Positions 1 through 9,006 of a stretch of 64,000 bases of DNA are shown in pieces. The notes below the pieces were generated by a model. That model made no database searches. It saw nothing but the letters and a program-made list of their open reading frames with translations, and was not told where the DNA came from. Where the stretch lies: the IMG/VR virus record IMGVR_UViG_3300037070_001066, positions 40,772 to 104,771 of that record, one strand, 5' to 3'. A program made the translations under genes and the position numbers. The DNA comes from a virus. The number at the start of each line of letters is the position of its first letter. Within the stretch, counting starts at the first letter, position 1.

Positions 1-312
1 GAATTCTCACTATTTTCATTCTCTAAAAAATATCCAGCACTAAGTTTAGGAGGTTCCACTTCTGTTTTGTTAGAAGTCTATGAGGTTACTGAAGAAATTT
101 TAAAGACAATAGATTACTATGAAGGGTGTAATGACATAGATCCTTATATGAATATCTATAATAAAGCAGAGATTGAAACTCCGTTTGGTGAATGTATTAT
201 CTATATCTACAACAGGATGGTAGTAAACAAGCCGCTTATTGAATCAGGTGATTGGTTTAGATTTAAAAAAGAAGTAAGACAACGAATAGAAGAAACAAGA
301 AAAATAGTATAA
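1..312 (+). CDS. Gamma-glutamylcyclotransferase (AIG2-like), 5' partial
   Basis: Frame is open from base 1 (EFSLFSFSKKYPALSLGGSTSVLLEVYEV...IDYYEG), matching the GGCT pattern YPAL..EVYEV..LD..EG, with C-terminal IESGDW. Adjacent to ATP-grasp/amidoligase genes. Confidence 0.8.
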   Translation, partial: EFSLFSFSKKYPALSLGGSTSVLLEVYEVTEEILKTIDYYEGCNDIDPYMNIYNKAEIETPFGECIIYIYNRMVVNKPLIESGDWFRFKKEVRQRIEETRKIV

Positions 313-315
313 ATC

Positions 316-1194
316 ATGGTAATAAACATTAATTCAAAAAAGAAAGTAGGAGATGTTCTATTATCAGTTGCATTAAGAACTGGTAAATATGTTCCAATGA
401 TTAGAAGCAGACATCCTTCTCATGCAGGTTTAAGAAGAGCTTTACCTAAACTTCCGTTTAGAAGTGTCATCAGACTAGGCTCTCTGACTGTATTAGAGGA
501 CGATAGCAGCAAGAAAGGGAACAGGGTGGAACTGAACAGTGCATTGGCTATAAAGAATAGCTCTAGCAAGCTTAAAATGAAGCAATGTTTTACTCAAGGA
601 GGCGTTAAAACAGCTGAATGGATATATTCTACAAGTGAGAATGATATCATAAATTGGCTGAAGGAATATCCAATTGTGGCTAAAAGCCATATGGGTTCTC
701 GCGGAAGAGGAAATACATTGTTGAAAACTGAAGCTGAAGTAAGAGCTTTTATTAGAAGCAAGGATCTTTCACATTACATTTTTGAAAAGTATTATAACTA
801 CAACAAGGAGTATAGATTGCATGTCAGTGCTGACGGTTGCTTTTATGCTTGTAGAAAAATGCTTAAGAATGAATTTAAAGATCATCCTAATGCGTGGCAA
901 AGACATGATGACAATTGTTCTTGGATACTTGAAGAGAATGAAATGTTTGACAAACCTACAAATTGGGCTAATATAATTGATCATTGCGTTAAAGCATTGA
1001 TTAGTTGTGGTCTTGATTTTGGAGCATGTGATTTGAGAGTTCAAAACAATATTGATAAAGAAGGAGTTAGAAGACTTCAACCTGACTTCATTGTTGTAGA
1101 GATTAATTCTGCGCCATCATTTGGTAAAGTTACTCTTGAAAAATACAAAGAAGTATTACCTCAACTTTTAGTTAAAAAACATGAAAATCGTTAA
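316..1194 (+). CDS. ATP-grasp ligase (phiEco32-like/RimK-related)
   Basis: Motifs PIVAKSHMGSRGRG, EYRLHV, GLDFGACD and VVEINSAPS. Confidence 0.85.
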   Translation: MVININSKKKVGDVLLSVALRTGKYVPMIRSRHPSHAGLRRALPKLPFRSVIRLGSLTVLEDDSSKKGNRVELNSALAIKNSSSKLKMKQCFTQGGVKTAEWIYSTSENDIINWLKEYPIVAKSHMGSRGRGNTLLKTEAEVRAFIRSKDLSHYIFEKYYNYNKEYRLHVSADGCFYACRKMLKNEFKDHPNAWQRHDDNCSWILEENEMFDKPTNWANIIDHCVKALISCGLDFGACDLRVQNNIDKEGVRRLQPDFIVVEINSAPSFGKVTLEKYKEVLPQLLVKKHENR

Positions 1195-1402
1195 AAAAGG
1201 AGATGAACCAACTTTTGTTCCTATAACCTTATATATTACTATAGAGAGCAAAGAGGAGCAAGAGACGTTATTATCATTATTTAAAACAATAACTTCTCAT
1301 GAGTTAACAACAATTGCTTTAAAGAATACAAAAGAACATCTTAACCAAAAGGTTATTAGCACATTTATAGGAGGTTTTTATAATTCATTATTAGATAAAT
1401 AA
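1181..1402 (+). CDS. Hypothetical protein
   Basis: 73-aa ORF overlapping the upstream stop and filling the operon; F.PITL.ITIES.EE N-terminus resembles small phage proteins. Confidence 0.6.
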   Translation: MKIVKKGDEPTFVPITLYITIESKEEQETLLSLFKTITSHELTTIALKNTKEHLNQKVISTFIGGFYNSLLDK

Positions 1403-1409
1403 AAAAAAC

Positions 1410-2150
1410 ATGAAAAAAATAATTGGAGTTTATGCTGATGTAGCAAATGGTAGAGTTGGTCAAACAGCTCCGTATATGCAATTCTTAGGTCAATTTGGTA
1501 ATGTACGTTTAATACTACCTACTGACAATTTAAGAGAGGTTGCAAAAAGTATTGATATGTTAGTATTGCCTGGAGGTTCTGATATAAATTCTGCCAAATA
1601 TAATCAAGCGCCAGATATTATGACAGGACGTCCTAATATGCATTTTGATTATTTAGATGCTAATCTGTTGCCTTTGGTAATTGAGATGAAGAAACCTATT
1701 TTAGGTATTTGTCGAGGTATGCAAGCATTAAATGTTCACTTTGGTGGTACATTAAATCAGCATGTTATTGGTCATCACCAAGGAGACAATCGTGCTGCTA
1801 CAAAGCAAGAAATTCAATTTGAAGACGGAAAGAAACCGCATATGATTAACTCTATGCACCATCAATCTGTTAACATTTTAGGAGATGGTTTTGAAATTGT
1901 AGCTTATAGCCAATGTTATCAAGGATGTTATTCTGAAAAGAAACATGTTAGAAACTGGTATTTTGTTGATGACAAGAAGAAGAAAGAATTCTTTGAATGT
2001 ATTGTCATCATTGAGATGATTAAGCACAAAAATCTTCCTATTGTTGGAGTTCAATGGCATCCAGAGGAGTTCAATTGTAAAGTTACAGTTGATTGTATTA
2101 ACACTTTATTAAAAGAATATGAAGAAAAAGTTAGCAGTCCTAGTAAATGA
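1410..2150 (+). CDS. Class I glutamine amidotransferase / peptidase C26 (PuuD-like)
   Basis: LPGGSD, PILGICRGMQ (catalytic Cys), NSMHHQ and GVQWHPE (His-Glu). Confidence 0.9.
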   Translation: MKKIIGVYADVANGRVGQTAPYMQFLGQFGNVRLILPTDNLREVAKSIDMLVLPGGSDINSAKYNQAPDIMTGRPNMHFDYLDANLLPLVIEMKKPILGICRGMQALNVHFGGTLNQHVIGHHQGDNRAATKQEIQFEDGKKPHMINSMHHQSVNILGDGFEIVAYSQCYQGCYSEKKHVRNWYFVDDKKKKEFFECIVIIEMIKHKNLPIVGVQWHPEEFNCKVTVDCINTLLKEYEEKVSSPSK

Positions 2151-2799
2151 TTCAGCAGATTATGAATCTTATGTTGCGTTCCTTAAACTAAAATATGATA
2201 TTGAGCTTGTAAAGCTTTCTTCTATTGCAAAGAAAGAAACGATTCCTGAGATTGATTTAATGTTGTTTACTGGAGGAGAAGATGTTGATCCAGCTTATTA
2301 CAATGAGAAACCTGGAAAAAGAACATTCTATAATCCTTCAAGAGACAATGATGAATCTAAAATGTTTAGAATGCTAAATCAAAAGATTCCAAAACTTGGA
2401 ATTTGTAGAGGAAGTCAATTCTTAACTGTAATGAGTGGTGGTAAATTAATACAACATGTGGAAAATCATGGTATTGGTGGAACTCATTCAATTACATTTG
2501 ATTATATTCATAATCATAAAATGCAGATTACGTCAACGCATCACCAAATGATGTATCCTTTTGATTTATCAAAGAAAGAATATATACTTTGTGCTTATGC
2601 AACCAACTATTTAAGTCCTATATACTTAAATGGTAATGACAGAAACATTGAAGTGCCTGAAGAATTCTTGGAGCCAGAGATTGTATTCTATCCTAGAAGT
2701 AATTCTTTAGCAATTCAAGGTCATCCTGAATCTGGTATTATGTCAGATGATGGAAAAATGTTTATATTGAACTATATAGACAATGTATTAAAGCTTTAA
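2119..2799 (+). CDS. Second class I glutamine amidotransferase / peptidase C26
   Basis: FTGGEDV, LGICRGSQ, STHHQ and IQGHPE. Confidence 0.9.
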   Translation: MKKKLAVLVNDSADYESYVAFLKLKYDIELVKLSSIAKKETIPEIDLMLFTGGEDVDPAYYNEKPGKRTFYNPSRDNDESKMFRMLNQKIPKLGICRGSQFLTVMSGGKLIQHVENHGIGGTHSITFDYIHNHKMQITSTHHQMMYPFDLSKKEYILCAYATNYLSPIYLNGNDRNIEVPEEFLEPEIVFYPRSNSLAIQGHPESGIMSDDGKMFILNYIDNVLKL

Positions 2800-2824
2800 C
2801 ATTAAACCTTTAAATTATAAAAAC

Positions 2825-3643
2825 ATGGAAAAAATTGTAGAAAACAAGCATGGAGTTACCTTAGGTAGTGATCCTGAGATTTTTATATGTAATGCTGAAG
2901 AGATCGTCTCAGCAGAAGGTTTAACAGGTGGAACGAAACACGATCCCGTTCCAATTAGCGAGGAAGGACATATGATTCAAGAAGATGGTATTGCTCTCGA
3001 GTATAACATACCAGCTTGCTCCACAGTAGAGGAGTTTATTGCTCATCATGAATTTGTTCAAGACTATTTTAAAGTTTTAATCGCCGCTCATGGTTATGAG
3101 TTTAGCAAAGAAAGAAGTGCGGATATTAATCCAATCTTCTTGCAAACTGAGCAAGCTCAAACATTTGGGTGTGAACCTGATTATAACGTTTATACTAGAA
3201 GCGAGAACGAAGCTCCTGAATCAGGACAGAATTTAAGATGTGTTGGAGGTCATATTCACATTGGATATCCAGATCCAGACCAAGACGTTACTGAGAAAAT
3301 TGTAATGATGTTTGACATGTTTGCAACCTTGCCATCTCTATTTAAAGACAATGATACGCGTCGTAGAGAATTGTATGGTAAAGCCGGTAGTTTTAGGTTT
3401 AAGATTTTTGGATTAGAATGTAGAGCATTGTCTAACTTTTGGATTCATACAAGAGAAGACATGACTTGGGTATGGAATCAAACAATGAGAGCTGTTAATT
3501 GTGTTCTTGACGGAGAGTCTGATGCTTTAATTGAAAAGTATTCTTCTGATGTTAGAAATGCAATTAATACTGCTGATTTAAAATTAGCAGCTGAATTGAT
3601 GATCATGATTGATCATGAAGTACAAAAAGAAGTGGTAGAATAG
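2825..3643 (+). CDS. phiEco32-like COOH-NH2 ligase type 2
   Basis: LGSDPEIF, EDGIALEYN, GCEPD, GGHIHIG, RRELYGKAGSFR and ECRALSNFW. Confidence 0.88.
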   Translation: MEKIVENKHGVTLGSDPEIFICNAEEIVSAEGLTGGTKHDPVPISEEGHMIQEDGIALEYNIPACSTVEEFIAHHEFVQDYFKVLIAAHGYEFSKERSADINPIFLQTEQAQTFGCEPDYNVYTRSENEAPESGQNLRCVGGHIHIGYPDPDQDVTEKIVMMFDMFATLPSLFKDNDTRRRELYGKAGSFRFKIFGLECRALSNFWIHTREDMTWVWNQTMRAVNCVLDGESDALIEKYSSDVRNAINTADLKLAAELMIMIDHEVQKEVVE

Positions 3644-3664
3644 ACAAACAAACAAGACTAAATA

Positions 3665-5632
3665 ATGGAAATAAAAATTTTATTACTACTATTATTAGCA
3701 CATTATATACTCTTCTTTCTATTTAGAGGGAAGGGTGATGTGCTCGCTTGCGGTATATTTGGATGGTCTGGAAGCAGAACTACAAGATTTAACAAGCAAA
3801 AATTTGATATTCTAGGACTTTTTAACAATTCAAGAGGTGGAGATTCATGTGGAGTGTCTACAGATGGAGAAATCTATTATGGTACACTTTTAAACAAAAG
3901 TTATGATGACTTTGTTGTTAACAAGAATTATCTTTCTCCTGTAAGAATTCCTGTTGTTATTGGACATTCTCGTAAAGCAAGTGTTGGAGCTGTAAGTGAA
4001 ACAAATGCTCATCCATTTGGATTTGGAGATTTAGGAGAAGGTCATGCTTTTATTGGGTGTCATAATGGTACTTTAAGCAATTATGAGGAACTTGGTAAAA
4101 AATATGAAGTCGAAACTTCTGTCTACAGTGAAAGAAATATGTTCCTAAGGACTAAAGTAGATTCTGAAATACTATTGGAGATACTATATAAAACTAAAGA
4201 TACGGAAGTATTACAAGAATATATAGGAGGAGCTGCTTTATTATTCCAAAATTTAGAAGAACCTAACACATTATTTGCATTTCATGGAGCTTCTAAAAAA
4301 GAAGTTGGAGATAGAGGTGAAACTTTATACGAAGAAAGACCTTTATATTACTATCAAGAAGCAAAAGATTCAGTTTACATTTCTTCAATAGAAGAAGCTT
4401 TAATATTCATAGGTGGAGAAAAAGACAAAACTGTTTTTGAATTTGATCACAATCTTTTGTACAAAATCAAAGATGGAAATGTTGATAAAGCTGTAACTTA
4501 TGAAGTGGACAGGAGAGGAGCTGGCCAAAAGAAACCCTATGGGGGTGCGGGTTTTTGCATGGGTGGGACGGCTACTGGGACTAATACTGCCAGAAACCAC
4601 GGTCCTGCCAAAAGGGGAAAGCGAAAAGAAAGAAGTAAATCTAGACGGTTCAAACAAATAGCAAATGTCGCAAATATATACGATGAAACTGTTATTGAGG
4701 GAGACTTTAAATCTGCAATATATTATAACAAATTAAGATATTGGAGAAATGGTCACTTAATAGATGGTGTTTTCACATATATTAAAGGATTTGGTTTGTA
4801 TAAGATCGGAGATCAAGCTTCTGATTCAAATAATAAATTGTATCAATTGATGGGAGAACACTTTAGTCTTGAAGATGGTATGTTTTTAGATACTGTTTAT
4901 TTAGAACAAAGACTCGCTCTTGATGAAACTATATTTGTACCATTTGAATTTAGTACAAAGGAACCACCTGTATTCTTCTTTCATAATGGAATCATGCTAG
5001 AAACAATGCATGACTTTGCTGCATTAAATGGAGAGTATGCAAGTAAATTTTCCTTTGAACATTTATCGCAAATGTCTAAATACCCTATCTGTAGAATGCG
5101 CAAGAATCGGCCAGACAATAACAGACAAGAAATACTTTATAATGGTCAGCCTTATACCAATAATTTTATACCTTTGCAATGTAATAATTGCTACAATATT
5201 GAAAATGGTAATTTAATCAATATAGATAGGTTAGAAGAAATTGTTGTGAAAGAAGCTGAAATTTGTTGTTCTGTTAAGATTCCTTCTACTAATGAGGTGA
5301 TACAGTTGCCCATGGAATTTGATGCTCCAATTATGGGGCCGAATAGTTTGATCAATGCATATCATCCTGCTAGACCAACTGTTGAATTTCTGGATGAAGA
5401 TCCTCCTATTGAAGATTATTTCCAAAAAAAGGGAGATGATGAAAAGGTTTTGAGCATCATTAATAAGCACATTATGCCAGTTTACACACAATTGCAAACT
5501 TGTAATGAGGATCTTAAAAATGAAGAAGATGAAACTATTCAAGAGCTTATTGACTTAAACAAGGATTACTTATTGAGTGTTGACTGTATTGTTGAATCAA
5601 AATCCAAAGAAAATGAAGGAGAAGCTAGTTAA
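3665..5632 (+). CDS. Class II (Ntn) glutamine amidotransferase with hydrophobic N-terminal leader and long C-terminal extension
   Basis: CGIFG at residue 29, RGGDSCG, GHSRKAS, NAHPF, HNGTL, VDSE and ERPL. Confidence 0.85.
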   Translation: MEIKILLLLLLAHYILFFLFRGKGDVLACGIFGWSGSRTTRFNKQKFDILGLFNNSRGGDSCGVSTDGEIYYGTLLNKSYDDFVVNKNYLSPVRIPVVIGHSRKASVGAVSETNAHPFGFGDLGEGHAFIGCHNGTLSNYEELGKKYEVETSVYSERNMFLRTKVDSEILLEILYKTKDTEVLQEYIGGAALLFQNLEEPNTLFAFHGASKKEVGDRGETLYEERPLYYYQEAKDSVYISSIEEALIFIGGEKDKTVFEFDHNLLYKIKDGNVDKAVTYEVDRRGAGQKKPYGGAGFCMGGTATGTNTARNHGPAKRGKRKERSKSRRFKQIANVANIYDETVIEGDFKSAIYYNKLRYWRNGHLIDGVFTYIKGFGLYKIGDQASDSNNKLYQLMGEHFSLEDGMFLDTVYLEQRLALDETIFVPFEFSTKEPPVFFFHNGIMLETMHDFAALNGEYASKFSFEHLSQMSKYPICRMRKNRPDNNRQEILYNGQPYTNNFIPLQCNNCYNIENGNLINIDRLEEIVVKEAEICCSVKIPSTNEVIQLPMEFDAPIMGPNSLINAYHPARPTVEFLDEDPPIEDYFQKKGDDEKVLSIINKHIMPVYTQLQTCNEDLKNEEDETIQELIDLNKDYLLSVDCIVESKSKENEGEAS

Positions 5633-7625
5633 AACAATTAAAGGAGAAGATCGTAATGAGAAAGACTGTAGACTTATTGATGGACAATACTATTATATAG
5701 GGGACATCCATAGAGAAAACTCTGGAGATATATATCTAATTAACAATAGATATATAAGAGCGTCTACTGAAAGAATCGTATTCGATCATTTTGAAGGTGA
5801 GTATAAGTTGAAAAATAGCAGTTTAACTCATGGTATAATTGATATTGAAGACGGAACTCCTGTATTTGGTTATTTCTCTAAAAATGATCTTTATAACGTA
5901 AAGGTTATAGTTAAGGATTTGAGCGAAAGAGTTGCAATTTCAGCAAATGTACTTGGATATGAATTCAGAGAAAGAAGATCTGATGGAGTGTTCTATCACA
6001 TTTCCCTTTTAGATGCTAATAAGTTTAACCTGCTTAGAGGTATTTCAAGAGAAATAAAAGAAAGCTTTCCTTATGATTCTAAAGGGTCTATTGCTAAAAT
6101 TACAAAAACATTTGAGTCTAATTACAAACCTGTTATTTGTAGAAATGCAGAAATTGTAGGTAAAACTTTAAAGGATTATACATTTGGATTAGAGTTTGAA
6201 ACATGTGCTGGAATAATACCTAATAATAAATTAGTATACTTGCCATTAATACCATTGAGAGATGGTTCAATTAGCGGTATAGAATATGCTACAATTCCAT
6301 TAAAAGGTCCAGTAGGAGTTCAAGCATTAATTGATTCTGTAGATGAATTGAAAAGAAGAACATCCTATAGTGATGAATGCTCTTTACATATACATGTTGG
6401 TGGTATGCCAAGAACGACTGAGTATATATTAGCATTCTACAAGACTATATCATTGTTGCAAAATGACATATTTTCAATGTTCCCGCTTTACAAGAAATAT
6501 AATTTTGGCGTTAAACGTAAAAACTATAGCGCGCCATTTCCATTTGAAGAGATTAACTTTAGAATGGATCCGATCATAAATTATAATGATAAAAAGCAGG
6601 TTAATAAGAATTTTGATCATTTGTTCACATATTTATCTGGAGGTGTAACTTTCGCAGAATATGGTAATGATTTAAGTCAAGTACTTGTACATCCTCAAGA
6701 TCCTCAAGGAGCTGCTAAATGGAATATTAAGCATAGATATTCTTTTGTAAACTTAATTCCTTTAATATTTGGAAATCATCAAACTATTGAATTTAGAATT
6801 CATACACCAACGTATGATATAAATAAAATATTGGATTTCTTGATGTTGAATATTTATATAATTGATTATGTTAACATAAACTATAAATTGATTCTTGCAG
6901 GCAAAGATACTTTATCTATCATGAGACCAAGCTTGCAGTTTATGTTAAATGATTATGTAAATAACATTGAAGGAAGTAGTAGAAAAACTATATTTAATGA
7001 GTTAAATCGTTATATTAGTGAAAGAAAACATGCTTCTGAAGACATTGCAAGAACAAAAGGTGTTGTTTACCAAGAAGAAGACTTAAGACTTCCTAAAGGT
7101 TTAGGATTTAATACCTACAAATACCATAGATCAAATGGATCTTATTTTTCAGCTTCATATCTTGAAGATATTCTATACGAAAGTAGTCTGAGTAGCTTTG
7201 ACAGCCCTTTTGCTGAGGCTTCTATTAAATTCGAAGATGTAAATCCTTCTGCTAAATTAAAACTTCGCAGTGATGTTGGAGTTTCTCCTAAAAGGAGGCC
7301 AAGAGATTTAGCTAGAGAGAAAGAAGTTTTAGAATCTTCAAGAAAAGCTCTTGAACAGATACAAGCATCTGAAAAAGAACGTTTAGATAAGGGGTTAGGT
7401 GGAGGTTTATATGAGCAAATGAGACAAGCTGCTGAAATTAGATATTCTCTTAAAGACAATGGAACTAGGCCTGTAATTTCAGATCCTGGAACTTTATCTG
7501 GACTTGGTGTATCTACTTTTGGAACTAGCGGCTCTGTTCAAGTTAAAGAAAGTTCTTATGATTGGACTCTTAAGGCTTCTAAGTCTAATGATGATTGGGA
7601 AGAATCTATACATAAACCAGAATAG
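5613..7625 (+). CDS. Putative amidoligase (glutamine synthetase-like COOH-NH2 ligase fold)
   Basis: FGLEFET, RDGSISGIEY, CSLHIHVG, RYSFVNL and TIEFRIH. ATG at 5613 preferred over TTG at 5577. Confidence 0.82.
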   Translation: MKEKLVKTIKGEDRNEKDCRLIDGQYYYIGDIHRENSGDIYLINNRYIRASTERIVFDHFEGEYKLKNSSLTHGIIDIEDGTPVFGYFSKNDLYNVKVIVKDLSERVAISANVLGYEFRERRSDGVFYHISLLDANKFNLLRGISREIKESFPYDSKGSIAKITKTFESNYKPVICRNAEIVGKTLKDYTFGLEFETCAGIIPNNKLVYLPLIPLRDGSISGIEYATIPLKGPVGVQALIDSVDELKRRTSYSDECSLHIHVGGMPRTTEYILAFYKTISLLQNDIFSMFPLYKKYNFGVKRKNYSAPFPFEEINFRMDPIINYNDKKQVNKNFDHLFTYLSGGVTFAEYGNDLSQVLVHPQDPQGAAKWNIKHRYSFVNLIPLIFGNHQTIEFRIHTPTYDINKILDFLMLNIYIIDYVNINYKLILAGKDTLSIMRPSLQFMLNDYVNNIEGSSRKTIFNELNRYISERKHASEDIARTKGVVYQEEDLRLPKGLGFNTYKYHRSNGSYFSASYLEDILYESSLSSFDSPFAEASIKFEDVNPSAKLKLRSDVGVSPKRRPRDLAREKEVLESSRKALEQIQASEKERLDKGLGGGLYEQMRQAAEIRYSLKDNGTRPVISDPGTLSGLGVSTFGTSGSVQVKESSYDWTLKASKSNDDWEESIHKPE

Positions 7626-7627
7626 AC

Positions 7628-8326
7628 ATGAAGGTAATCTATTACAAAGAAGATAGTAGCTTTAATTTGGCTGTTGATTATGGTAAAATGATTGGTAATG
7701 GTTGGTCTAGAAGATTGAAAGAATATCTTCACAGTAAGGATATGCAAGATACTATGTATGAAGTTTCTAAATTATACACTAACAAGCATTTAGCTATGTT
7801 TCCTGCAAAGGATCAAATTTTCGCTTCATTAGGTAAAATGGATCTTACTGAGATTAATGTTGCCATAATAAATTGTAATCCTACGTTTAATTATAGAAGT
7901 AATGGCGTTGCCTTTTCTAATACATCTAAGCACAGAGGAGATATCGACCTTCAATTGTCTAACTTATTTGATAAGATAAACATCTATGAAAGAAGAACAT
8001 CTTCTGCTGAGGATTACACTTTAGACCATTGGATAGAACAAAGTGTGTTTTTATTCAATGTATCATTAACTGGATTCACTAGTTATAACCAACGTTCTTT
8101 ATGGTTTGGATTCTCAAGAGCTGTTATTGAGACCATTAGTAGATGTAGGCAAGGATTAGTTTTCTTATTTATAGGTACAGAAGAACAATGCAAGCTTTAC
8201 AGCGAAAAAGTCGACCAACGAAAACATACGATTTTAAGACACGATACACTTAGCTATGACGCGCTAAATGAAGTCAACCTTGAAATCGATAGTATAGATG
8301 GTAAAGATTATAGAATTAAATGGTGA
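7628..8326 (+). CDS. Uracil-DNA glycosylase-like protein with degenerate catalytic motifs
   Basis: Family-1 UNG scaffold (FPAKDQIF, NGVAFS, LDHWIEQSVFLFNVSLT, LVFLFIG), but GQDPY reads NCNPT and HPSPLS reads HDTLS. Confidence 0.7.
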   Translation: MKVIYYKEDSSFNLAVDYGKMIGNGWSRRLKEYLHSKDMQDTMYEVSKLYTNKHLAMFPAKDQIFASLGKMDLTEINVAIINCNPTFNYRSNGVAFSNTSKHRGDIDLQLSNLFDKINIYERRTSSAEDYTLDHWIEQSVFLFNVSLTGFTSYNQRSLWFGFSRAVIETISRCRQGLVFLFIGTEEQCKLYSEKVDQRKHTILRHDTLSYDALNEVNLEIDSIDGKDYRIKW

Positions 8327-8765
8327 AGACTTCCTATTTATACAAGGGAATGTCCCGTCACTTAAAAATGCCAAGATAAAGACTACAAGAGGTATATTCT
8401 CATCGAAAACGGTGCAGAATTACCTTAGGTCTCTTGGTATCCAAAGATACTCTTCAAGTAAAAAGATCGTAGTAAAGTATGCACGCAAGGATAATGAATT
8501 CCAGAAGTGTTCAGCTTATTTCGATAAATACCTTGTTGAAGTTCCTCACGAAGTTGGGTTTCATTTCATTAGAGGTTCTAAGCACAGATTCGATTTCAAT
8601 AATGCTTCACAGATACTAGCAGATTTAATGACTGCTCATGACTTCATAGAAGATGATGATATGGATAATTTCCTTCCATATCCAATGAAAATCGATGGAA
8701 AAGCTTATTCCTACGATAAAGAGAATCCTGGAGTATTAATTAAAATACTTAATAAAAATGGATAA
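8298..8765 (+). CDS. RusA-like Holliday junction resolvase
   Basis: GNVPSLKN N-terminal motif and RFDFNN..QILADL....IEDDD acidic pattern. Confidence 0.65.
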   Translation: MVKIIELNGEDFLFIQGNVPSLKNAKIKTTRGIFSSKTVQNYLRSLGIQRYSSSKKIVVKYARKDNEFQKCSAYFDKYLVEVPHEVGFHFIRGSKHRFDFNNASQILADLMTAHDFIEDDDMDNFLPYPMKIDGKAYSYDKENPGVLIKILNKNG

Positions 8766-9006
8766 AACTATATCAAACATCAAAAGCCTAGCTTTATCTG
8801 TACTTAATTATGATGAATATGTCACATTTATGTCTTATATCTATAATGGTGAATACAATCTAGCTAGGTTGTTTTTAAAAAGCTATTATCATCACGATGA
8901 TGCTGAAAACCATAATAGATTAGAAGACATTCTGATCGATTTAATCATGAAGAAGGAAGATGAAGGAGGAGATGAAAGTGAACAAGCTAACAGAGATTCT
9001 GGATAG
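8758..9006 (+). CDS. Hypothetical protein
   Basis: 82-aa ORF overlapping both neighbours. Confidence 0.55.
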   Translation: MDKTISNIKSLALSVLNYDEYVTFMSYIYNGEYNLARLFLKSYYHHDDAENHNRLEDILIDLIMKKEDEGGDESEQANRDSG

